Shown piece by piece: positions 17,746 through 24,485 of a stretch of 64,000 nucleotides of DNA (positions are counted from its first letter, which is position 1; the number at the start of each line of letters is the position of its first letter). Below the pieces are notes generated by a model, which was given only the letters and a program-made list of their open reading frames with translations, did not search any database and was not told where the DNA came from. The stretch spans positions 15,606 to 79,605 of the forward strand of contig JBDRQC010000008.1 in NCBI GenBank assembly GCA_043826505.1, given 5' to 3'. This DNA is from Chrysiogenia bacterium (GTDB lineage: Bacteria > Acidobacteriota > Aminicenantia > UBA2199). The position numbers were made by a program, and so were the translations under genes.

Positions 17746-19112
17746 TATTCCCTCTCGTGGAATTCCATATTGGCGAACTTGGTGAATTTGTCAAGGAAAG
17801 CCAGGACGATCTTTCCGGTCGGACCATTCCTCTGCTTGGCAACGATCAGGTCGGCTTCACCTTTGCGCTCCGAGTCCTTGTCGAACTGGTCGTCACGGTG
17901 AATAAAGATCACCACGTCGGCGTCCTGCTCGATGGAACCGCTCTCCTTGAGGTCGGAAAGCTGATATTTCGGGCCTTTCTCCCTTTTGCCGCCCCTGGTT
18001 TCCGGTGAACGGTTCAGTTGGGCCATGGCCACAACCGGGATCTGCAGTTCCTTGGCCAATTCTTTCAGGGCGGCGGTGATGACGGCCACTTCCTGGGCCC
18101 GGGTGTCGCTACGGCGCAGGTTCTCGGCCGTCACCTTGATCAATTGCAGATAGTCGACAAAAATGATGTCCAGGTTCTTTTCCGCCTTCAGTTTCCTGGC
18201 CCTGGCCTTCATCTCCACGATGGAAAGGGAGGCCGAGTCGTCGATGTACAGCTTGGCTTTCTGCAGCTCGGAAGCCGCCAGCTCAAGGTCATGCCATTCC
18301 TTGTTGGTCAAGTGGGGTTTGGCGGTGCGGATCGAGCTCATGCTGACCTTGGCATGGATGGCCATCATGCGCATCAACACCTGAATTTTCGACATTTCTA
18401 TGGAATAGAAAGCCACTGCTTTTTCTTCCTTGATGGCCATGTTCACGGCGATGTTCAGCGCCAACGCCGTCTTGCCCATAGATGGGCGGGCGGCAAAAAC
18501 TATCAGGTCACCGTTCTGAAAACCGGAAGTGATGTCGTCGAGATCGTAGTAACCGGTCTTAAGTCCCTGGCTCTCCCCTCCCTTCTGGATCCTCTCGATC
18601 AGATCCATGGCTTCGGGGATCATTTCGGCGGTGGAAACAAACCCTTTTTTTATGCGGTCCTCGGAGATCTTGATGATGTCTTCCTGCATTTCGTTGAGCA
18701 GGCTGATGGTGTCGGCAGCCGGCTCCCCGCCTTTCTGAATGATGCTCCGCGAGGTTAAAATGATCTTGCGCAGCGTCGAGCGATCCTTGACGATCTTGAT
18801 GTATTCCTTGATATCGAGGTTTTCCGGGATATCGTCAACCAGGGAGGTGACGAAGGCGTGGCCGCCGACAAATTGCAGTTTTTTCTTTTTTTCCAGATAA
18901 CTGGATATAGTGATGATGTCGGCGGCGGAATCGCTGTTGACCAATTGCAGGACGGCCTGGGCGATCAGGATATGGGCGTCGCGAAAAAAATCCTCGCTGC
19001 TGATCTCGGCAAAGACCTGATTGACGTAGCGGTTGTCGATCAGCATCGCCCCCAGCAGAGCTTTTTCGGCTATTTCGTCGTGGGGCAGGGCCTGGTTTAA
19101 TTCAAGCGCCAT
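17745..19112 (-). CDS. dnaB: Replicative DNA helicase DnaB
   Basis: PHDEIAEKALLGAML N-terminus, Walker A ARPSMGKTA and C-terminal QQRNGPTG-like motif AKQRNGPTG. No intein. Confidence 0.92.
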   Translation of the reverse strand: MALELNQALPHDEIAEKALLGAMLIDNRYVNQVFAEISSEDFFRDAHILIAQAVLQLVNSDSAADIITISSYLEKKKKLQFVGGHAFVTSLVDDIPENLDIKEYIKIVKDRSTLRKIILTSRSIIQKGGEPAADTISLLNEMQEDIIKISEDRIKKGFVSTAEMIPEAMDLIERIQKGGESQGLKTGYYDLDDITSGFQNGDLIVFAARPSMGKTALALNIAVNMAIKEEKAVAFYSIEMSKIQVLMRMMAIHAKVSMSSIRTAKPHLTNKEWHDLELAASELQKAKLYIDDSASLSIVEMKARARKLKAEKNLDIIFVDYLQLIKVTAENLRRSDTRAQEVAVITAALKELAKELQIPVVAMAQLNRSPETRGGKREKGPKYQLSDLKESGSIEQDADVVIFIHRDDQFDKDSERKGEADLIVAKQRNGPTGKIVLAFLDKFTKFANMEFHERE

Positions 19113-19120
19113 GGGTCCGG

Positions 19121-19582
19121 TTAATCCGGAGTTTCTTCGCCGTCCTTCAAAACTTCAATCTTGATTTCTGCATCCACATCTTTGAATAATTTTATCTTGC
19201 CGGCGAAAACCCCCAGCTTTTTGATTGGCTCTTCGAGATGGATTTTCTTTCTTTCCACGCTGATGCCGATGGCGGCGAGTTCTTTTTCGATCTCGGCCGT
19301 GGTGACCGAACCGAACAGCACATCGTTCTCCCCGGCTTTCTTTTTAATGGAGATGGACACCCCATCCAGCTTTTGTTTTTGTTCAACGGCTGAGAGCTTT
19401 TCCAATTCCAGCTTTTTCTGGTGTTTCTTCTTCTTGCCTTCCATGAGCGCAACGTTGTGCGCGGTGATTTCCATGGCCAGCTTCCTGGGCATGAGGAAAT
19501 TGCGGGCAAAGCCCTTTTTCACTTCAATGATATCTCCCAAGCTGCCGACTTTTTCGACATCCGAGGTCAATATGACTTTCAT
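19121..19582 (-). CDS. rplI: 50S ribosomal protein L9
   Basis: [33 protein letters not shown]-terminus. Confidence 0.92.
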   Translation of the reverse strand: MKVILTSDVEKVGSLGDIIEVKKGFARNFLMPRKLAMEITAHNVALMEGKKKKHQKKLELEKLSAVEQKQKLDGVSISIKKKAGENDVLFGSVTTAEIEKELAAIGISVERKKIHLEEPIKKLGVFAGKIKLFKDVDAEIKIEVLKDGEETPD

Positions 19583-19854
19583 GTGATCCTCTTTTTTTCT
19601 TCGGTGAATCTGAGCAAAGCCATCTGCCGGGCTCTCTTGATGGCCTTGGACAATTGCTTCTGGTGATAGGCGCAGGTGCCGCTGACCCGGGCCGGAAAAA
19701 TGCGCCCGGTCTCGGAAATAAAATTCTCCAGATTTTTGTGATTCTTGTAATCGATCAGCGTGATCTTGTCTTTACAGAATGCGCAATATTTTTTGCGCGC
19801 CGAATAATATTTTTTGGGGGGTTTGCCGTCACCACTACTACTTCTCATCTGCAT
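19579..19854 (-). CDS. rpsR: 30S ribosomal protein S18
   Basis: [15 protein letters not shown]...[40 protein letters not shown] overlap with rplI. Confidence 0.9.
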   Translation of the reverse strand: MQMRSSSGDGKPPKKYYSARKKYCAFCKDKITLIDYKNHKNLENFISETGRIFPARVSGTCAYHQKQLSKAIKRARQMALLRFTEEKKRIT

Positions 19855-20269
19855 CTGATTCCTCCTCTTTCTCTGAAAAATCGTCGCTTTCCCTTTCCTC
19901 GCTGCGGCTTTCCATGGTTTTCTTGCGGATCTTGTCGATCTTGGCCCATTTTTTGGTCAGTTTGTTGGATTTCTTCAGCTTGTCATCGAGCCGCAAAGTA
20001 ATGAAGCGCAGCACTTTTTCCATTTGCTTCAGGCGCCTTTCCAGGGTAGTGATGATCGCGCCGTCGACTTCGGTCTGGATGAACACGTAATAGCCTTCCA
20101 GGTTTTTTTTAATTGGAAAGGCCATTTTTTTTCTTCCCCATTCATCAAGATTTTCAATAACGCCCTTGGCTTTCTTGATGGTGGCGGTGATGGACTCGAT
20201 GATTTTCTTGACTTCTTCCTCATTGACCTCGGGGGTTATGATGAAGCCAATCTCATACCTGCTATTCAT
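19838..20269 (-). CDS. rpsF: 30S ribosomal protein S6 (with acidic C-terminal tail)
   Basis: [14 protein letters not shown]...[12 protein letters not shown]. There is no ssb gene between rpsF and rpsR. Confidence 0.9.
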   Translation of the reverse strand: MNSRYEIGFIITPEVNEEEVKKIIESITATIKKAKGVIENLDEWGRKKMAFPIKKNLEGYYVFIQTEVDGAIITTLERRLKQMEKVLRFITLRLDDKLKKSNKLTKKWAKIDKIRKKTMESRSEERESDDFSEKEEESDADEK

Positions 20270-20888
20270 TTTTCCTCCTTGTGGATGTTTTAGCCTCTTC
20301 TTTTTGAAGAAGCAAGGAGTTCTTTCTCCTGTTGAATATATTCATGGTACTTTGAATATCATTTTCCAAAATCATTTGCGCCGCTTCAGCGGCACTGACG
20401 ACTCCTTCCCGAAGCTTGGCAAATGATTGGCCCTTGAGGGGCTTCAATACATAGCGGATGATGTCCGCGTTTCTGCGACCGGGGTTGCGAATGCCGATGC
20501 GCAGGCGGGGGAAATCCTGGGTGCCGCAATGCTGGATTACCGAGCGCATCCCCTTGTGGGTACCGGAGCTCCCGCTTTCGCGGATGCGGATGCTGCCCAG
20601 AGGCAGGTCGATGTCATCATAGATCACCAGCATATCGGCATAAGCGAAAGAGAACATCTTTTGCAACTTGTGAACGGCAATTCCGGATTCGTTCATATAA
20701 GTCATGGGTTTGGCCAGGACGACATCCTGACCGCAGATGCGTGTTTTTTTGTAATGCAGGATCCTGCCCAGGCCTGCCAAAGCGATGCCGTGACGGCGGC
20801 AGATCTCCTCGATGCACATGAATCCGGCATTGTGCGGGCTTTTCTCATATATTTTATCTGGATTACCCAAACCGATGAAAACAAAAAT
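20262..20888 (-). CDS. pth: Peptidyl-tRNA hydrolase (start inferred at a non-canonical ATT codon)
   Basis: GLGNPDKIYEKSPHNAGF and later Pth motifs. The conserved first beta strand (IFVFIGLGNP) lies upstream of the only canonical start (TTG at 20870). An in-frame ATT at 20888 directly follows the L25 stop and sits 5 nt after GGAGG. Confidence 0.85.
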   Translation of the reverse strand: MFVFIGLGNPDKIYEKSPHNAGFMCIEEICRRHGIALAGLGRILHYKKTRICGQDVVLAKPMTYMNESGIAVHKLQKMFSFAYADMLVIYDDIDLPLGSIRIRESGSSGTHKGMRSVIQHCGTQDFPRLRIGIRNPGRRNADIIRYVLKPLKGQSFAKLREGVVSAAEAAQMILENDIQSTMNIFNRRKNSLLLQKEEAKTSTRRKNE

Positions 20889-21611
20889 TTATCCCTCCTT
20901 TTTGTCTTTACCTTTGTCCTTATCTTTGCCTTTTTCTTTATCTTTGTCTGTTTCCTTGGCCTTTTCCGTGCCGGCGGCGGCTTCCGGTGCGGCTTCAGCG
21001 CCTTCAACGGCTTCTTCAGCGACCTCTTCCACCTCAACAACCTCTTCCTTGGCTTTGGCGGCCACGGCGCAGATCACAGTGTTGGCCGTAGAGATGATTT
21101 GATAGGCTTCGGTTTTGGCCAGGGTCTCCACCTTGATTGACTGGCCGATATGCAGGGCTGAAATATCCACACGGATCTCCTTGGGAATACTGGTGGGCAA
21201 GCTGCGCACCAGCACTTCGCGTGAAATGAATTCCAGCAGGCCGTCCTCGGTTTTGACACCGATGGGTTCGCCTTCGAGCACCACGGGCACTTCGACTTCC
21301 ACAGGCTTGTTAAGGTCGATGCGGATGAAATCGATATGGATGATGTGGTCTGACAGATAATCGTACTGAATATCCTTGATCATGGCGTCGAATTTGGATT
21401 TTTCGCCCTGAGTGATGCGCAGGATCGAGTTTTCCTTGTTCTCTGATTTCAGGATGCCCTTGATGTCACTCATGTTCACCGCGATGGGGATGCTTTCCGC
21501 GCTGATGCCGTAAAGAATGGCCGGGATCTTGCCCTGGGCCCGCAGTCCCTTGCGGGCCTGCTTGCTTATTTCCTTTCTCAGTTCCGCGTTAATCGTAATC
21601 AAATTTTCCAT
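20889..21611 (-). CDS. rplY: 50S ribosomal protein L25 / general stress protein Ctc (with K/D/E-rich C-terminal tail)
   Basis: RKGLRAQGKIPAILYG motif and a two-domain Ctc-type length. The ATG at 21611 has a GAGG 5 nt upstream; the ORF-track GTG is at 21617. Confidence 0.9.
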   Translation of the reverse strand: MENLITINAELRKEISKQARKGLRAQGKIPAILYGISAESIPIAVNMSDIKGILKSENKENSILRITQGEKSKFDAMIKDIQYDYLSDHIIHIDFIRIDLNKPVEVEVPVVLEGEPIGVKTEDGLLEFISREVLVRSLPTSIPKEIRVDISALHIGQSIKVETLAKTEAYQIISTANTVICAVAAKAKEEVVEVEEVAEEAVEGAEAAPEAAAGTEKAKETDKDKEKGKDKDKGKDKKEG

Positions 21612-21628
21612 TTTCACCTCTTTTATTT

Positions 21629-22576
21629 TTACAAAAATAATTTCGAAACGGAAGTTTCCTTATGGATACTGGCAATGGCGTCGGCGAAGAGCTTGGATAC
21701 GGAAAGCACTTCGATCTTCTGGCATTCATCCGGACGGCAGTGTAAGGGAATGGTGTTGGTGACAAATACTTTTTCCAGGGGCGCCTCGTTGATCCTGGCC
21801 AGGGCATTTCCGGAAAATATGCCATGGGTGCAGGCGGCAAAGACTTTTTTGGCACCATTCTTTTTCAGAGCGTTGATGGTCGCGCTCAGGGTGCCGGCGG
21901 TGTCAATGATGTCGTCGACGATGATGGCGTTCTTGTTCTCCACGTCACCGATGATATGCATCAACTCGGCCACGTTCGGAGCCGTCCTTTTTTTATCGGC
22001 GATGGCCAGGTCGGCGTTCAATTTGCGCGAGAATAAACGAGCCCTTTCCACACCGCCGGCGTCGGGAGAAACGATGACCAGGTCCTGCAGTTTCATCCTT
22101 TTGAAATGGGAAATGAAGACGGGCAGAGCCATAAGGTTATCGACGGGAATGTTGAAAAAACCCTGGATTTGGGCGGCGTGAAGATCAATGGTCAGGACCC
22201 GGGAAAAACCGGCGGTTTCCAGCAGATCAGCAAGCAATCGCGCCGAAATGGCGACCCTGGGCCTGTCCTTGCGGTCCTGGCGGGCATAAGCGTAATAGGC
22301 GATCACTGCCGTGATGCGGCGGGCCGAGGCCCTTTTGAAAGCGTCGGCCATCAGCAGCAGCTGCATGATGTGGAAATTGCTGTCCGCGCAGAGAGATTGC
22401 ACGATGAACACATCGGCACCGCGGACGTTTTCGTGGCTCTGAAAACGGATCTCGCCGTCGGAAAACACATCCAATACCGACCGACCCAACGTACGGTGCA
22501 GGTTCCTGGCGATATCACCGGCGAGTTTTTCATTGGCAGAACCTGAAAAAATCAAAAATTTATTATCGTTTGTCAT
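21629..22576 (-). CDS. prs: Ribose-phosphate pyrophosphokinase
   Basis: FSGSANEKLA and the PRPP-binding loop IIVDDIIDTAGT. Confidence 0.92.
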   Translation of the reverse strand: MTNDNKFLIFSGSANEKLAGDIARNLHRTLGRSVLDVFSDGEIRFQSHENVRGADVFIVQSLCADSNFHIMQLLLMADAFKRASARRITAVIAYYAYARQDRKDRPRVAISARLLADLLETAGFSRVLTIDLHAAQIQGFFNIPVDNLMALPVFISHFKRMKLQDLVIVSPDAGGVERARLFSRKLNADLAIADKKRTAPNVAELMHIIGDVENKNAIIVDDIIDTAGTLSATINALKKNGAKKVFAACTHGIFSGNALARINEAPLEKVFVTNTIPLHCRPDECQKIEVLSVSKLFADAIASIHKETSVSKLFL

Positions 22577-23493
22577 CGGGTTTTTCTGGGGCGGGAGGAT
22601 TCGAACCTCCGAATCTCGGCTCCAAAGGCCGATGCCTTACCGCTTGGCCACACCCCAATTCGCTCCTGATAATTTTTTCTGGTCATGGTCCGGGTCTGTA
22701 TCACGCCGGGCAGTGTCCCGGGCAAGGCAGCCATTTTTTTTGCCGGGCCGATAGCGAATACCGCTGAACCACTGCCTGTCATTTGCACGAAATCGCATCC
22801 TCCTCGCAACATTTTCCGCTTGATTTCCCTGATTTCCGGAAATAAATCAAAAGTAACGCTTTCCAGTTCATTTTTTAAAATGGAGAAATCATTTCTTCTC
22901 AGGAAGAGTTTTATTTTACTGGGAATCAGGGCTTTTGTCAAGCGCCAGCGGGAAAAAATCAACGCCGTGGAAACGTGCAGAGGAGGAATGAACAAGGCGA
23001 TGGGACGGGACGCGATTTCAGTCACGGGAGTCAACAACTCCCCTATCCCTTCGCCCAGAACCGTGCCGCCGAGGAGAAAAAAAGGCACATCGGCCCCCAA
23101 ACCTGCCGCCATTTCATTCAACTCTGTGAAGGGAATGTTCAAATTGAAGTACTGGTTGAGAAAAAGCAGCATGACGGCTGCGTTGCCGCTGCCGCCGCCC
23201 AGACCAGATCCTGGAGGGATATTCTTGCTGACCGTGATGTCAAAACCGCTGCGCAAAGGGTAGTTGTCATAGATCAGCCGGCAGGCTCTGGCGATGGTGT
23301 TGCTGTCGTCCCAGGCCACGCGACGGTCGGAACCTTTCAAGGTGATGCGGGGCAGCGGCTTTTCTTTCAGCCTCAATACATCGCTAAAATCTATGGTCTG
23401 GAATATGGTCCGCAACGTATGGCAGCCATCCGCCCTTTTGCCGGTGATTTCCAATCCGAGGTTGATCTTGGCGAAAGATCGCAGTTCAATCAT
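22573..23493 (-). CDS. ispE: 4-diphosphocytidyl-2-C-methyl-D-erythritol kinase (3' end anomalous: frame stays open through tRNA-Gln)
   Basis: MIELRSFAKINLGLEITGKR and the GHMP motifs PPGSGLGGGSGNAA and MTGSGSAVF. The start at 23493 overlaps the upstream lipoprotein gene by 8 nt. The first in-frame stop is the TGA at 22575-22573, beyond the tRNA. Confidence 0.8.
   Translation of the reverse strand: MIELRSFAKINLGLEITGKRADGCHTLRTIFQTIDFSDVLRLKEKPLPRITLKGSDRRVAWDDSNTIARACRLIYDNYPLRSGFDITVSKNIPPGSGLGGGSGNAAVMLLFLNQYFNLNIPFTELNEMAAGLGADVPFFLLGGTVLGEGIGELLTPVTEIASRPIALFIPPLHVSTALIFSRWRLTKALIPSKIKLFLRRNDFSILKNELESVTFDLFPEIREIKRKMLRGGCDFVQMTGSGSAVFAIGPAKKMAALPGTLPGVIQTRTMTRKNYQERIGVWPSGKASAFGAEIRRFESSRPRKTR
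22586..22657 (-). tRNA. tRNA-Gln (anticodon UUG)
   Basis: Hand-folded cloverleaf: acceptor TGGGGTG/CGCCCCA (U1-A72), D arm GCCAAGCGGTAAGGC, anticodon stem TCGGC/GCCGA with loop CTTTGGA, and T arm GGAGG-TTCGAAT-CCTCC. CCA is not encoded. Confidence 0.9.
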
Positions 23494-24070
23494 CGCCCAG
23501 CACACTTGCGAGGTCGGCGGCCCGATAACGTCCGCTGTAATCGATGAGGATGATTTGACCCGGGCGGAATTCACGTCGGGAAATTCTCAGGGTCAGATCG
23601 GCTGAACCAAGGCGAAACCTGGCCGTTTCAGGGGCTCCGGTTCTATTGTCTTTTTTCAGGAAAACCGAGATCCTCCTGCCGGCAAGCTTGGCTTGGGGAA
23701 CCCGGCCATTGACCAGTATCCGCTTTAATTCATCCAGGGTCAGTTCGATGCCCCACAGCCGCTGCAGCAGGAAAACGAACTCCCCTTTCCAGAGTAGCTT
23801 TTTGGAAAAATTAAGCAGCACGGCTTCTTCACCGGCGACATTCAGTTCCAGGCCTACCTGGTTGAGCGGCGTAAAAAAAAGGAATTTTGCGAAGTGATCA
23901 TCAAAACGCCAGTGAATCCTGCCGTTTTGTTTGCTTTCACAGTCGTGGAAATTGAATTTGATGCTCAGGGACTGAAAATAAGGCCCGGACGGTGGCAAAA
24001 GCTCGGGTTTGCGGGTCTGGCAGGAAATGAAAAGCACGATCCCGAACAAAGTTATGATTTTTTTCAGCAT
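23486..24070 (-). CDS. Outer-membrane lipoprotein, LolB-like (by position and size)
   Basis: Lipoprotein signal MLKKIITLFGIVLFISC. Sits upstream of ispE-prs, matching the E. coli lolB-ispE-prs order. The family assignment is an inference. Confidence 0.6.
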   Translation of the reverse strand: MLKKIITLFGIVLFISCQTRKPELLPPSGPYFQSLSIKFNFHDCESKQNGRIHWRFDDHFAKFLFFTPLNQVGLELNVAGEEAVLLNFSKKLLWKGEFVFLLQRLWGIELTLDELKRILVNGRVPQAKLAGRRISVFLKKDNRTGAPETARFRLGSADLTLRISRREFRPGQIILIDYSGRYRAADLASVLGDD

Positions 24071-24196
24071 TGGCTTTTATTTTATCATAATAACAAGCCA
24101 TTTGTCGCTGCCAGGGAGAAAAATGCCTGGGTGAACGGAAATGGCGAAAACCCTGCCTTGACCGCTGCAAGCGCTTATGCTACCATCGATAATCGG

Positions 24197-24280
24197 GCCG
24201 GGGTGGCGGAATTGGCAGACGCACGGGACTTAAAATCCCGGGAGGGCAACCTCGTGGGGGTTCGATTCCCCCCTCCGGCA
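24197..24280 (+). tRNA. tRNA-Leu (anticodon UAA)
   Basis: Hand-folded: acceptor GCCGGGG/CTCCGGC, anticodon stem CGGGA/TCCCG with loop CTTAAAA, a long variable arm, and T arm GGGGG-TTCGATT-CCCCC. Confidence 0.9.
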
Positions 24281-24297
24281 TAAGCTGAATGAAATTC

Positions 24298-24325
24298 GTG
24301 ACAAGTGACGCGTGACGAGTGACGA
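24298..24325. repeat. Four tandem 7-nt units beginning GTGAC
   Basis: GTGACAA GTGACGC GTGACGA GTGACGA, at 24298, 24305, 24312 and 24319, 18 nt after tRNA-Leu. Confidence 0.7.
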
Positions 24326-24347
24326 GGAAGAAAAAGACAAAGGCAAT

Positions 24348-24375
24348 GTAGGGGCGGTTCGCGAACCGCCCTTAC
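24348..24375. repeat. REP-like palindrome GTAGGGGCGGTTCGCGAACCGCCCTTAC
   Basis: Perfect 20-nt palindrome (24352-24371) with partly complementary GTAG/TTAC flanks. Confidence 0.7.
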
Positions 24376-24409
24376 TTAAAGAAAAAATCCAAATGTAGAG
24401 AAATTGAAA

Positions 24410-24434
24410 GGGAGGATTTGAAATCCTCCCCTAC
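24410..24434. repeat. REP-like palindrome GGGAGGATTTGAAATCCTCCCCTAC
   Basis: 10-bp stem GGGAGGATTT/AAATCCTCCC with a 1-nt centre, followed by CTAC as in the 8611 element. Confidence 0.7.
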
Positions 24435-24442
24435 TTCAGATT

Positions 24443-24469
24443 CAATAAAAGGGCGGGGACAAGCCCCGC
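24443..24469 (-). terminator. Putative intrinsic terminator of the RND operon
   Basis: The minus strand reads GCGGGG-CTTGT-CCCCGC followed by CCTTTTATT, starting 17 nt after the RND stop codon. Confidence 0.5.
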
Positions 24470-24485
24470 ACCTACAAAAAACCGT

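Noticed and set aside
16268-18758. Series of long plus-strand ORFs (278, 272 and 246 aa) opposite mlaF, mlaE and dnaB.
   Set aside because: They are antisense to well-supported genes. The products are compositionally biased (D/G/H/Q-rich) with no recognisable domains. Shadow ORFs.
19838-21060. Repetitive-looking DNA at the 3' ends of rpsF and the L25 gene, checked as a possible tandem repeat or CRISPR-like feature.
   Set aside because: The sequence codes for low-complexity acidic (S6) and K/D/E/G-rich (L25) C-terminal tails in frame with the ribosomal proteins. There is no repeat-spacer structure.
23894-24283. 129-aa ORF running across tRNA-Leu.
   Set aside because: Its C-terminal part is the translated tRNA, and its N-terminal part is antisense to the LolB-like gene. 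Spurious.
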